Positions 50,894-60,806 of a stretch of DNA of 64,000 nucleotides are shown here, piece after piece. The notes below the pieces were generated by a model. That model saw only the letters and a program-made list of their open reading frames with translations, was not told the origin of the DNA and did not search any database. The DNA is from an uncultured Alphaproteobacteria bacterium (lineage in GTDB: Bacteria; Pseudomonadota; Alphaproteobacteria; UBA6615). Position numbers and translations under genes: made by a program. The stretch is from contig CALSML010000012.1 of the NCBI GenBank assembly GCA_943787445.1, positions 24,096 to 88,095 of the forward strand, written 5' to 3'. Within the stretch, counting starts at the first letter, position 1. Every line of letters starts with the position of its first letter.

Positions 50894-52242
50894 CGATCAT
50901 CCGCCAGTCGGACACCCGAGAACATCCAACGCACCGGTGGGTAGAAAAAGTTCCGATAGGTCGCCCGCGTGTGCCCTTCCGGGGTCACGCAAGCGCCGCC
51001 GCGCAAAACAAACTGATTGGCCATGAATTTTCCGTTGTACTCTCCGACGGCACCCGTGACGGGTTTGAATCCGGGATATGGGACATACGGGCTCTGGGTC
51101 CATTCCCAGACATCTCCGAACATCTGTTCCGGCATGTCCGGCGCATCTCCCGAAGCCGGCGCCGTCCGCATCAATCCCGACCCCAGCAGGTTCCCTGACA
51201 CTGGTTGTTGTGCCGCAAAAACTTCCCATTCCACTTCCCGCGGCAGCCGCTTTCCGGCCCATCGCGCATAAGCGTCGGCTTCATACAGGCTGACATGACA
51301 GACCGGGGCCTGATCGTTCAGTCGCTGCAGGCCGGACAGGGACATGCTCATCCAGTCATCATCGACCTTCTGCCAGTAGAGCGGCGCTTCCCAGTTTTCA
51401 GCACCCACCGTGGCCCAGCCATCGGACAGCCAGAGCTCGGGACGGCGATACCCGTCATCGGCCAGGAAGGCCTTCCACTCGGCATTGGTCACAAGACGCG
51501 AGGCCAGGGAGAACGGCTCCAGATGAACCTTGTGTCGCGGCCCCTCATTGTCGAAGGCGAAATTGCGTCCGTCATGACCGATCTCCACCATGCCGCCGTC
51601 ATGGTCACACCACCGCAGCTCCGGTGCCTTGCGGGCCGGCGCAGCGCGAAAGGACTGATAGGCCGGCGCCACACTGTTGCGGGAAAATGCGTGAAGAATA
51701 TCCATCAGGATCAGTTCCTGATGCTGCTGTTCATGGTGCAGCCCCAGCACGATCAGCGGGGCGGCTTCCGCCCAGACATCGGCCCCAGCCGTCGTCATCA
51801 ACCTCTGCATGCCCGCATCCACATGCGCGCGATAGTCCGACACCTCGGCCGCGCTCGGTCGGGTCAGAAGGCCACGATCGGGTCGCGGGTGACGTGCCCC
51901 CACCGTGTCGTAATAGGAGTTGAACAGGAACGTGTAGTGAGGATCAAGCGGTTCGTAATCGGGCAGGAACGGCGTCAGGATCATGGTTTCAAAGAACCAG
52001 GTCATATGCGCACGATGCCATTTTGTCGGACTGGCATCGGGCATCGACTGCACAACCTGATCTTCCGCAGACAGCGGAGCAGCCAGACGCTCGGTTTCGC
52101 CGCGCACCCAGAAATAGTGTTCGAGAAGCTGATCCCGATCGCGTGGCTGCGCGTCCAGAATGGCCGGCTTGGTACTGGAGGCTGTCACGGCGCATCTCCC
52201 GTTGGCGCCCGCATCCCGTTTGACCACATCTTCGGAACGCAT
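50890..52242 (-). CDS. egtB: ergothioneine biosynthesis sulfoxide synthase EgtB
   Basis: An N-terminal DinB-like domain (HMTWFFE, HHEQQHQEL) followed by an FGE-sulfatase domain (GDVWEWT, LRGGAC). I take the start at the ATG at 52242; the track ORF extends to 52377. Confidence 0.86.
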   Translation of the reverse strand: MRSEDVVKRDAGANGRCAVTASSTKPAILDAQPRDRDQLLEHYFWVRGETERLAAPLSAEDQVVQSMPDASPTKWHRAHMTWFFETMILTPFLPDYEPLDPHYTFLFNSYYDTVGARHPRPDRGLLTRPSAAEVSDYRAHVDAGMQRLMTTAGADVWAEAAPLIVLGLHHEQQHQELILMDILHAFSRNSVAPAYQSFRAAPARKAPELRWCDHDGGMVEIGHDGRNFAFDNEGPRHKVHLEPFSLASRLVTNAEWKAFLADDGYRRPELWLSDGWATVGAENWEAPLYWQKVDDDWMSMSLSGLQRLNDQAPVCHVSLYEADAYARWAGKRLPREVEWEVFAAQQPVSGNLLGSGLMRTAPASGDAPDMPEQMFGDVWEWTQSPYVPYPGFKPVTGAVGEYNGKFMANQFVLRGGACVTPEGHTRATYRNFFYPPVRWMFSGVRLADDR

Positions 52243-52447
52243 CCCCGCTGATGAATTCGCCTGCACCCGAGGTTCGGATACAATCTCAAAAGCGGATCGA
52301 AACACGCCCGGCGCAATTGGCCACACGTGGCAGTCGGACGCAGTAAACCAAGCCGGTTCTCGGCCCGTCAACCGCAAGTCCGGAGAATTTTGCGGAATTG
52401 GCAGCCCTTTTGATTGACCCGGTCCACGAAGGAACTAGGCTGAGGCC

Positions 52448-52789
52448 ATGACTGAAAACACATCCACGATCACGGGCTACCACGCCCATGTCTATTATGA
52501 CGCCGCAAGCAAAGCCGAAGCCGAAGTGCTGCGCGCCGGGATTGACGCCAAATTCGAGACCGTGCTCGGTCGCTGGCATGACAAACCGGTGGGCCCGCAT
52601 CCACACTGGAGCTATCAGGTCGCTTTCGAACCCGATCTGTTCGCCACGCTTGTGCCCTGGCTGGCACTGAACCGGAGGGGTCTCAACATCCTGCTGCATC
52701 CCGAAACCGGGGATGCCATTGCCGACCACTCGACCCATGCCATGTGGCTGGGTGAAAGCGTCGAACTCAATCTCGACTCCCTGCGCTAG
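52448..52789 (+). CDS. DOPA 4,5-dioxygenase family protein
   Basis: 113 aa. YHAHVYYD...GRWHDKPVGPHPHWSYQV...LLHPETGD matches the DOPA_dioxygen family signature. Confidence 0.78.
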   Translation: MTENTSTITGYHAHVYYDAASKAEAEVLRAGIDAKFETVLGRWHDKPVGPHPHWSYQVAFEPDLFATLVPWLALNRRGLNILLHPETGDAIADHSTHAMWLGESVELNLDSLR

Positions 52790-52908
52790 GGCCCGACCCG
52801 CGCAAAGGAACGGTTTTCAAGCTTCATCAGGCGGGGTACAACACGCGCCGAGATTTCAACGTCACGCCAGTCAGGTGTGGCAACATCCGGATACGGGAGA
52901 GAACCACC

Positions 52909-53763
52909 ATGAAACTTTTGCGCTACGGTCCGGCCGGCAAGGAAAAGCCAGGCCTGCTTGACGACAACGGCAACATCCGCGACCTGTCCAAGGTCATCGA
53001 CGACATCACACCGGATGTTCTTTCGCCGCGTGGCCTCGCCGCCATTCGCAAGCGGGACCCCAAGCGCCTGCCGCTTGTGAAGGGTCGCCCGCGCATCGGC
53101 GCGCCGGTTGTGGAACGTCGTGTCTTCGCCATTGGCCTGAACTACGCCAAGCACGCCGCCGAAGCCGGTATGAAGATTCCCTCCGAACCGATCCTCTTCA
53201 CCAAGACCTGTCCGCTGACGGGCCCGAATGACCGGATCGTTCTGCCCAAAGGCGCCAAGAAGGGGGACTGGGAAGTGGAGCTCTGCTTCGTGATGGGTCG
53301 CAAGGCGCAATATGTCAGCAAGAAAGACGCGCTGAAATATGTCGCCGGTTATGCCGCGGGTAATGACGTGTCCGAGCGCAAATACCAGATCGAAAGCGGC
53401 GGCCAGTGGGTCAAGGGCAAGAGTTCTGACACCTTCGGTCCCCTCGGCCCGTGGCTCGTGACCGCCGACGAAATCAAGAACCCGCAGCGGCTCAATGTGT
53501 GGCTCGACGTGAATGGCGAGCGCAAGCAGGAAGAGTCCACGAAGGACATGATCTTCTCCTGCGCCGAGATCATCAGCTATCTCTCCAACATGATCACCCT
53601 GCATCCCGGCGATGTCATCTACTCCGGCACCCCCTCGGGCGTGGGCCTTGGCATCAAGCCGAAGCCGCAGTTCCTGAAGCCCGGCGATGTCATCACCATG
53701 GGCATCGACGGCCTGGGCGAGCACAAGAACAAGGTTGTCAGCTGGAACGGCAAATCCAAATAA
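52909..53763 (+). CDS. fumarylacetoacetate hydrolase (FAH) family protein
   Basis: 284 aa with an N-terminal MKLLRYG... domain and the FAH core (GLNYAKHAAE, EVELCFVMG, GDVIYSGTPSGVG). Confidence 0.85.
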   Translation: MKLLRYGPAGKEKPGLLDDNGNIRDLSKVIDDITPDVLSPRGLAAIRKRDPKRLPLVKGRPRIGAPVVERRVFAIGLNYAKHAAEAGMKIPSEPILFTKTCPLTGPNDRIVLPKGAKKGDWEVELCFVMGRKAQYVSKKDALKYVAGYAAGNDVSERKYQIESGGQWVKGKSSDTFGPLGPWLVTADEIKNPQRLNVWLDVNGERKQEESTKDMIFSCAEIISYLSNMITLHPGDVIYSGTPSGVGLGIKPKPQFLKPGDVITMGIDGLGEHKNKVVSWNGKSK

Positions 53764-53790
53764 GCCGGACCTACAGACCGAAACACAGAA

Positions 53791-53819
53791 AGGGCCGCAC
53801 AATCGTGCGGCCCTTTTTT
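53791..53819. terminator. rho-independent terminator between convergent FAH and LLM genes
   Basis: Perfect stem AGGGCCGCAC/GTGCGGCCCT with loop AATC, followed by a T6 run on the + strand and preceded by an A-rich tract. It could therefore act in both directions. Confidence 0.8.
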
Positions 53820-53840
53820 GTATCTACATCCTCACAAACT

Positions 53841-54845
53841 CTAAGACAAAGCCGGCATCACTTCGTCGTGGAAGATGCGGAGCGAGTCCCGCGAGCCGGT
53901 GATATCGATCAGCAGGACATACTCGATGCCGCCCTCGCGCATCTGCAGTAGCCGGTCGATGATCTCTTCCGGAGGACCAATCAGCGCACCTTCCTCGGTT
54001 GCCAGCCGCGTATCGTTGTATTGCAACATGGTCGATTGCGGGCCACCGCCCTCGCGAATGCGCGACAGGCGGGAGATTCCGCTGAGCAGGCGCGAACGCT
54101 GCTGATGGGCTTCCTCGCGTTCGGCGTCATTGCGGGTGATGTGCAGGGCACGCGCCACCGCCACATTCATCGGATCGAACACCCGCCCCGATGCCTCCAC
54201 CGCCGCGCGATAGGTCGCAAACCTTTCCTGAATGGTGGTGAAGGACGCGATCTGATCAAGCAGAAGATTGAACTGGTTCTCGGCCGCCCAGTTCAGGCCG
54301 GCCTCACTGCCGGCAGCAAGCCAGAGCGGCGGATGCGGGCTCTGGATCGGCGGCGGTTCCACCACAATGTCCTGAAACGTCCAGTGCTTGCCGATATGGG
54401 TGAAACGTTCTTCCGAGGTCCAGGCGCGGCGGATCACCTCGAGGGATTCGAGGAACAACTCCTGAGCTTCATCGGCTTTCACATTGAAGCCGTGAAATTC
54501 ATTGGCGCGATAGCCCTTGCCGACCCCGAAATCCAGACGCCCGCCCGAGAGCAGATCGACCGTGGCGGCCTGTTCGGCGAGCAGCACGGGATTGTGCCAG
54601 GGCAGGACCACGACGGCCGTGCCCAGCCGCATCCGCTTGGTGCGGGCAGCCAGATACGTCAGCAGGTTGAGGGATGCCGAAACCTGACCGAAGCCGGTGA
54701 AGTGATGCTCGACCAGAAACACGGAGTGATAGTCGAGATCCTCGGCTTCGACGATATAGTCGATGAAGTCCCGATAGCCCTGAGTGCTGTCGCGCGCCAC
54801 GCCGCCGCGGCGCGAAGAGGCCCCGCCAAACAGTCCGAATTTCAT
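53841..54845 (-). CDS. LLM class flavin-dependent oxidoreductase (luciferase-like monooxygenase)
   Basis: 334 aa from the ATG at 54845 (MKFGLFGG...VFLVEHHF...VLPWHNP), a typical LLM TIM-barrel. Confidence 0.82.
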   Translation of the reverse strand: MKFGLFGGASSRRGGVARDSTQGYRDFIDYIVEAEDLDYHSVFLVEHHFTGFGQVSASLNLLTYLAARTKRMRLGTAVVVLPWHNPVLLAEQAATVDLLSGGRLDFGVGKGYRANEFHGFNVKADEAQELFLESLEVIRRAWTSEERFTHIGKHWTFQDIVVEPPPIQSPHPPLWLAAGSEAGLNWAAENQFNLLLDQIASFTTIQERFATYRAAVEASGRVFDPMNVAVARALHITRNDAEREEAHQQRSRLLSGISRLSRIREGGGPQSTMLQYNDTRLATEEGALIGPPEEIIDRLLQMREGGIEYVLLIDITGSRDSLRIFHDEVMPALS

Positions 54846-54870
54846 CGCCTGGAACCTGCCCCGAACACGC

Positions 54871-55872
54871 TCAGTTGCGCACGCGTTCGGGCTTGCCGGA
54901 CTTCGTGGACAGCGACAGAGCTTCGAGAACCGCCACATTGGCGATCCGCTCCTCATTGGTGAAGCGATAGGGCTTCTTGCCGCTGACCGCATCCGCCCAG
55001 GCTTCAAAATTCATCCGCACGGTGTCGCGCGGCTTGAAGACCTTCTTCACGCGCTTGCCGTCCTTGGTGCCGATATACATATGGGTGTCGCCGGGATTTT
55101 CTGGATGCGCCATCTCGTGAATGTCCACCCAGGCCTTGTCGCCGAAGACAGTCAGGCGCCCGTAGAACGGCGTGGCCGAGACCACATTGATCGTTCCCAT
55201 GGTGCCATCCTTGAAGGTGAACTGGGTGGAGGCAACATCACCACTGGGCAGGTTGAGCACGCGGCGATCGGAGATTGCGCTGATCTTCTGGATCGGCCCG
55301 AACATGCTGATCAGCAGATCCGAAAGATGCACCCCCATGCCGGTCCAGCCGGCCGCGGGCGCATCCTTGGGATTGCCGCGCCAGTTGTCCTTCTTCATCG
55401 GGGTGAACTTGTCGTGGGAGAAATTTCCTTCCACGGCCAGAACCGTTCCGAGCTCCTTCTTCGCCGCCATCTGGGCGAGCTTTTCCATCGCCGTTTCGTA
55501 GCGGCGCTCATGGCCAAGACCGAGCACGATGCCCTTTTTCTCGCAGGCCCGCACCATGCGCTTGGCGCTGGCAGAGGTCAGCGAAAGTGGCTTCTCGCAG
55601 AAAATCTGCTTGCCTGCCTTCACCGCGCGCAGGACCAGCTCTTCATGGGTGGAATGCGGGGTCGTCAGGATCACGCCCTCGACCTCCGGATCGTCAAGCG
55701 CATCCTGATAGTCGGTGAGCAGTTTGAAGCCCTTTTCCTTCGCCAGGCGGCGAATGGCGGCGGTGGGTTTGACCTCGACCCCACGAATAACATTGATCTT
55801 CCGGCTGGTCTTGAGTGAACCCGCAACATGCGCACCCCACCAGCCAAGCCCGACAACGGCAACATTCAACAT
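54871..55872 (-). CDS. Gfo/Idh/MocA family oxidoreductase
   Basis: Rossmann N-terminus MLNVAVVGLGWWG and the EKP motif (FCEKPL). The ATG at 55872 is preceded by GGGGAG at an 8-nt spacing. Confidence 0.84.
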   Translation of the reverse strand: MLNVAVVGLGWWGAHVAGSLKTSRKINVIRGVEVKPTAAIRRLAKEKGFKLLTDYQDALDDPEVEGVILTTPHSTHEELVLRAVKAGKQIFCEKPLSLTSASAKRMVRACEKKGIVLGLGHERRYETAMEKLAQMAAKKELGTVLAVEGNFSHDKFTPMKKDNWRGNPKDAPAAGWTGMGVHLSDLLISMFGPIQKISAISDRRVLNLPSGDVASTQFTFKDGTMGTINVVSATPFYGRLTVFGDKAWVDIHEMAHPENPGDTHMYIGTKDGKRVKKVFKPRDTVRMNFEAWADAVSGKKPYRFTNEERIANVAVLEALSLSTKSGKPERVRN

Positions 55873-55998
55873 GGATTCCACTCCCCGAAATAATCCTCAT
55901 TCTCGCCCGATATCGGCGCACGGAGGTTAGCATGGTGACTTTCCGACACAAACCCACCGCGCTAGATTGCGCCCCTCCTGTCGTCACCGAGACTCCCC

Positions 55999-56424
55999 AT
56001 GCCCGGCATATCCGTCGAAGCCTTCAATCAGCTCACCACCGAAGAGCTGCCCCTCGCCACCCAGAACGGATGTCACGCCGAGGCGATTGGCGAGGGCACC
56101 GCACGGGTGCGCCTGCCCTTCAACGATGCCCTCACCCGGCCCGGCGGTACGATCAGCGGTCCGGCGATGATGGCGCTGACCGATTACGGCATGTATGCCG
56201 CTCTGATGGGGGCCATCGGCGGGGTCACGCTGGCCGTCACCACGAATCTCAACATCAACTTTCTGCGCAAACCCGACGCCGTCGACATGATCGCGGATTG
56301 TCGGGTTCTCAAGCTCGGGCGTCGTCTTGCCGTTCTCGAAGTGACCCTTTATTCCCAGGGACAGGATGACCCGGTCGCCCATGCCACCGGCACCTATTCC
56401 ATCCCGCCAAAGCCAACAGCCTGA
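55999..56424 (+). CDS. PaaI family hotdog-fold thioesterase
   Basis: 141 aa. ...GGTISGPAMMALTDYGMY...TNLNINFLRKP... is typical of PaaI/YdiI-type thioesterases. Confidence 0.8.
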   Translation: MPGISVEAFNQLTTEELPLATQNGCHAEAIGEGTARVRLPFNDALTRPGGTISGPAMMALTDYGMYAALMGAIGGVTLAVTTNLNINFLRKPDAVDMIADCRVLKLGRRLAVLEVTLYSQGQDDPVAHATGTYSIPPKPTA

Positions 56425-56458
56425 GCCCCGCGCTCAACCTGCAATTCCGGAGTTCGAC

Positions 56459-57310
56459 ATGTCCGTCATACAGTCCCGCCGCAGTTTCATCTTTTCCCCC
56501 GGCACCGATCTCTCGATGTTCGGCAAGGCCCTGGCGTCGGGCGCGGATATCGTTTGTGTCGAGCTGGAAGACGGCGTTGCACCGAAGGACAAGGACACGG
56601 CACGCGCGAACATGCTGGGCATCTTTGCCGAACCCCAGGCCGATGACGGTATCGAGCGGATCGTCCGCATCAATGTGTTGGGTTCACCCGAGGGCGAAGC
56701 CGATCTTGCCGCCGTGCTCGATGCAAAATCGCCGCCCCCGGCTCTGATGATGCCCAAGGTCAACAACCCCGAAGAGGTCCGGCGTGTGGCTGACGCCCTC
56801 GATGGCGCGGGCCTGTCCACCCGTCTGCAGATCATCATCGAAACCAATCCCGGCCTCGAGGCCGCCTACGAAATTGCTCAGGCCAGCGATCGCGTGGACG
56901 CGCTGCTCTTCGGCGGGGTCGATCTGGCCGCTGATCTGCGCTGCGAATATGGCTGGGAGCCGCTGCTCTATGCCCGCTCGCGGGTGGTGCACGCCGCCGC
57001 CGGAGCCGGGATCGACGTTATCGATGTGCCCTGGCTCGATCTTGGGGACGAAGCCGGACTGCGCCAGGAGGCCGAGGCCAGCGCGCGGCTGGGATTCACC
57101 GGCAAGGGGTCAATCCACCCCCGGCAGATCCCGGTCATCAATGAGATTTTCTCCCCCAGCGCAGAACAGATCGCCTATGCCCGCAAAGTCGTCGCGGCCT
57201 TTGCCGAAGCCGATACCGGCCTCGTGGTGGTCGACAACAAGCTGATTGAGCTGCCGGTCCTGCGCAGCATGGAACGTATTCTGGCCGTGGCTGAACGGGT
57301 TCAGAACTAG
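56459..57310 (+). CDS. HpcH/HpaI aldolase / CitE-like CoA ester lyase
   Basis: 283 aa from the ATG at 56459 with RRSFIFSPG...CVELEDGV...MMPKV...GKGSIHPRQI, typical of citrate lyase beta / malyl-CoA lyase-like enzymes. Confidence 0.82.
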   Translation: MSVIQSRRSFIFSPGTDLSMFGKALASGADIVCVELEDGVAPKDKDTARANMLGIFAEPQADDGIERIVRINVLGSPEGEADLAAVLDAKSPPPALMMPKVNNPEEVRRVADALDGAGLSTRLQIIIETNPGLEAAYEIAQASDRVDALLFGGVDLAADLRCEYGWEPLLYARSRVVHAAAGAGIDVIDVPWLDLGDEAGLRQEAEASARLGFTGKGSIHPRQIPVINEIFSPSAEQIAYARKVVAAFAEADTGLVVVDNKLIELPVLRSMERILAVAERVQN

Positions 57311-57315
57311 CAGCT

Positions 57316-58725
57316 TCAAACCCCCAGCGGCGGCGCTCCAAGGCGTTCGCGCGCCGTGCCCAGATGCTTCTCGAAGGCCCGTGCAATCGCGATGGCGCGG
57401 GCGTCCTCGTGACGCGGGCAGACAATGTGCAGCCCGACCGGCATCCCGGCGGCATCCAGCGCAACCGGCATCGTCACCGCGCACATGGTCAGCAGATTGA
57501 CCGTCGTGGTGTTGCGCGCGGCCATCAGATTGGCCTTCATATAGGGCGAGGGCTCGCGCACATCCTCGATCCGAGGCGGCGTGATCGGCACTGTCGGGCC
57601 CACCACCGCATGCACATCCTCCAGCGCCGTATGTGCGAGCTGAGTCAGCACCTCCAGACGCCGGCGACGCACCAGATAATCGGCGGCGGTCATCGCTGCC
57701 ATCTTGTCAAACCGGCTGCCGACCATCGGGTCCAGATCGGCGACAAAGTCCGGCAGCACATCGCTGATGAAACCGGCAAACTCATAGGCCGACAATCCGC
57801 CGGTGCGGAAGATCGTGTCGATCTCGTCCAGATTGGGAATCTCGACATCCACCAGCCGCGCCCCCGCCGCCTCGAGTTCGGCCAGGGCGGCGCGCACCCC
57901 TTCCGCAATGCCGGGCTCGCAATCGGCGAAATAGGCTTCACAGACGCCAATCCGGAAGTCACCAGCCGCCGCGCTGTCCACCGCATCCAGAAAGCGTTTC
58001 GGGTCGGGCGCCGTCTCCGGATCGATCACGGAAAACGCCAGCGCCGCATCGGCCACGGTGCGGGTGAGCGTCCCCGGCGTGTCGAGGGTCGGGCTGAGCG
58101 GTGATATCCCTTCGATCGACCATCGGGCTTGCGAGGTTTTGACCCCGACTGTCCCGGTCATGCTGGCCGGCATCCGCACCGACCCGGCTGTATCCGTGCC
58201 CAGCGCGATGAGCGCGGAGCCTTCCCACAGACTCACCCCGGCGCCCGCGCTGGAACCACCCGGCGCGCGATGGGTTTCCGCATCCCAGGGATTGTGGGGG
58301 GTGCCCCAATGGGGGTTGGTACCCAGGGCACCGAAGGCGAACTGCACCGTGTGGGTCTTGCCGGTCACCGTGGCCAGTTGCCCGCGCAGGGCGCGGATGA
58401 CGAGACCTTCGTGGCGCCACTCCGGCGGCAACTCCCGCGGGCTCCCGGCGAAGGTCGGGTAGCCCCGCACCCCATAGAGGTCTTTCACCGAAACCGGAAT
58501 CCCCTGCAACACACCCAGATCAATTCCTGCGGCCAGCGCGCCATCCGCCACATCAGCTTCGGCGCGCAGACGGTCGGGGTCCCAGGTCTTGTAGGCCGCG
58601 AGTACCCCACCATGGGCGTCATGATTGGCAATCGCCCATTCCGCGAGATCGCGGGCTGTGGTTTTGCCAACACGAAGATCCACGGCGAGCTCTGCCAGTG
58701 AACGGCTCTCAAAGTTCTGGGTCAT
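57316..58725 (-). CDS. amidase (amidase-signature family)
   Basis: 469 aa with the AS motif GGSSAGAGVSL. It is a second, distinct AS amidase in the window. Confidence 0.84.
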   Translation of the reverse strand: MTQNFESRSLAELAVDLRVGKTTARDLAEWAIANHDAHGGVLAAYKTWDPDRLRAEADVADGALAAGIDLGVLQGIPVSVKDLYGVRGYPTFAGSPRELPPEWRHEGLVIRALRGQLATVTGKTHTVQFAFGALGTNPHWGTPHNPWDAETHRAPGGSSAGAGVSLWEGSALIALGTDTAGSVRMPASMTGTVGVKTSQARWSIEGISPLSPTLDTPGTLTRTVADAALAFSVIDPETAPDPKRFLDAVDSAAAGDFRIGVCEAYFADCEPGIAEGVRAALAELEAAGARLVDVEIPNLDEIDTIFRTGGLSAYEFAGFISDVLPDFVADLDPMVGSRFDKMAAMTAADYLVRRRRLEVLTQLAHTALEDVHAVVGPTVPITPPRIEDVREPSPYMKANLMAARNTTTVNLLTMCAVTMPVALDAAGMPVGLHIVCPRHEDARAIAIARAFEKHLGTARERLGAPPLGV

Positions 58726-58836
58726 GGTTGTGCCTCCTTGTCATCACAGTATAGGCGCTCACCCCCTCCCGTGGATCGGGTTTTCCGTCTATTGTGTTCC
58801 CAATCCGATTATTTCGTTTTCAGGGGGAGTACAGAC

Positions 58837-59904
58837 ATGCCAAATGACGCCATGCCGATGCATCGGTTTTCACGCGAACAGATCGAAGCCTTCATGGCGC
58901 GCTGTTTTGCCGCCAGCGGCCTGCCCGATGACGATGCAAAAAGCGTCGCAATGATGATGGCCGAGGCCGATATGCTCGGCAAGGATTCCCACGGCATCTT
59001 CCGCTTGCCCGGCTATATCGGCCGCATCAAGGCCGGTGGCTTCAACGCCACACCCAACATGACCGTGGATCGCGAATTCGCCGCCACCGCTCTGCTCAAT
59101 GGCGACAACGGTATGGGCCATCTGGTGGTCAAGAAGGCGGCCGACATGGCCATCGAGAAGGCCAAGACCGCCGGCGTCGGCTGGGTCGGGCTGCATCATT
59201 CCAATCATGCCGGTGCCGCGTCGGTCTATTCGAACATGGCGCTCGAACACAACATGATCGGGCTCTATGTCGCGGTCGGCAGTGCCAATCATCTGCCGCC
59301 ATGGGGCGGCACCGAAATGCTGCTTTCCACCAACCCGATCGCGGTCTCGATCCCGGGTGACCAGGAAAACGCGATCATTCTCGATATGGCCACCACCGTG
59401 ACCTCCTACGGCAAGGTCAAGGTCTATGCCCAGCGCGGCATGGAAATGCCCGAAGGCTGGATGATCAACAAGGATGGCACGCCGCTGACCGATGCCAGCA
59501 AATCCGACACCGGCTTCCTCCTGCCGATCGGCGGCCCCAAGGGTTACGGTCTCGCGGTGATCTTCGGCATTCTCGGCGGCACGCTCAACGGTGCCAATTT
59601 CGGGCGCAATGTGGTCGACATGAATTCCGACCCCTCCTCGGTCACCAATACCGGACAGTTCTATCTGGCCATCAACATCGAAGCCTTCATCGACCCGGCC
59701 GACTTCAAGCGGGAAATCGATGACGTCATCCGCCAGATGCGCAGTTCGCCGACGCTCGCCGGCTTTGACCGTGTTCGTCTGCCTGGTGAATCCGCCCACA
59801 CCGCCTATGCCGACCGCACGGCCAATGGCGTCCCTCTGCCCGAACCGCTGGTGAACAACTTGGCCGGGGTTGCGGCAGACCTCGGCGTGGACGAACTCGG
59901 CTGA
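58837..59904 (+). CDS. Ldh_2 family (malate/L-lactate dehydrogenase type 2) oxidoreductase
   Basis: 355 aa from the ATG at 58837, which is preceded by GGGGGAG. It has GHLVVKKAADMAIEKAK...HSNHAGAAS family blocks. Confidence 0.82.
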   Translation: MPNDAMPMHRFSREQIEAFMARCFAASGLPDDDAKSVAMMMAEADMLGKDSHGIFRLPGYIGRIKAGGFNATPNMTVDREFAATALLNGDNGMGHLVVKKAADMAIEKAKTAGVGWVGLHHSNHAGAASVYSNMALEHNMIGLYVAVGSANHLPPWGGTEMLLSTNPIAVSIPGDQENAIILDMATTVTSYGKVKVYAQRGMEMPEGWMINKDGTPLTDASKSDTGFLLPIGGPKGYGLAVIFGILGGTLNGANFGRNVVDMNSDPSSVTNTGQFYLAINIEAFIDPADFKREIDDVIRQMRSSPTLAGFDRVRLPGESAHTAYADRTANGVPLPEPLVNNLAGVAADLGVDELG

Positions 59905-59936
59905 CCCCGCCGGCGTCAGAGAGCAGGCGACAACCG

Positions 59937-60806
59937 GTGACCCCGGTCATTCAGGCTGTGTTCTGGATGACCGGAACCCTGTTCTCGTTCGTCGTCATGG
60001 CCATCGCGGTCCGTGAACTTTCGGGTGAAATCCACAGCTTCGAGATCATGCTGTTCCGCACCATCGGTTCACTGATCATTCTGTTGCCCTTCATGCTCCG
60101 GGCCGGACCTTCGGTCTGGAAGACCACGCGGCTGGGCACCCAGATCGGGCGCAACCTTGTACATTTTGCCGCGCAGCTGGGCTGGATCACTGGTATCGGC
60201 CTGCTCACCCTCGCCGAGGTTTTCGCCATCGAATTCACGGCCCCGATCTGGGCCTCCATTCTGGCAGTGCTGTTTCTCGGGGAACGCCTCAATCGTGGCC
60301 GGATCGTTGCGCTTGTCTTCGGCTTCACTGGCATTCTGGTGATCCTGCGTCCCGGCTTCTCCGTCATCGAATTCGGTGAGATCGCGGTTCTGGGCGCGGC
60401 CATCGGCTTTGCGATAACCCTGACCCTGACCAAGTTCCTGACCCGGACGGATTCGCCCCTGACCATCCTGCTCTACATGTCGGTGATCCAGTTGCCCTTC
60501 GGCATTGTGCTGGCCGTCCTCGAATGGACCACCCCCGATCTGCTACAGCTCTTCTGGCTTCTGCTCGTCGGTGCGGTCGGCCTGTCCGCCCATTATTGCA
60601 CCGCCAAAGCCCTCGCCCTGGCCGATCAGACCATCGTGGTGCCGATGGATTTCATGCGTCTGCCTCTCATCGTGATGGTGGGCTGGGCGCTCTACAGCGA
60701 ATCGACCGAACTGCTGGTGCTGGCTGGCGCCGGGCTGATTTTCTTCGGAAACTACTATTCGATCTTCCGCGAAAACCGTCGCAAATCAGTGGACAATCCT
60801 TCCTGA
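59937..60806 (+). CDS. DMT superfamily (EamA-like) transporter
   Basis: 289 aa with ten predicted TM helices in two EamA repeats. It appears to start at a GTG. Confidence 0.8.
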   Translation: MTPVIQAVFWMTGTLFSFVVMAIAVRELSGEIHSFEIMLFRTIGSLIILLPFMLRAGPSVWKTTRLGTQIGRNLVHFAAQLGWITGIGLLTLAEVFAIEFTAPIWASILAVLFLGERLNRGRIVALVFGFTGILVILRPGFSVIEFGEIAVLGAAIGFAITLTLTKFLTRTDSPLTILLYMSVIQLPFGIVLAVLEWTTPDLLQLFWLLLVGAVGLSAHYCTAKALALADQTIVVPMDFMRLPLIVMVGWALYSESTELLVLAGAGLIFFGNYYSIFRENRRKSVDNPS

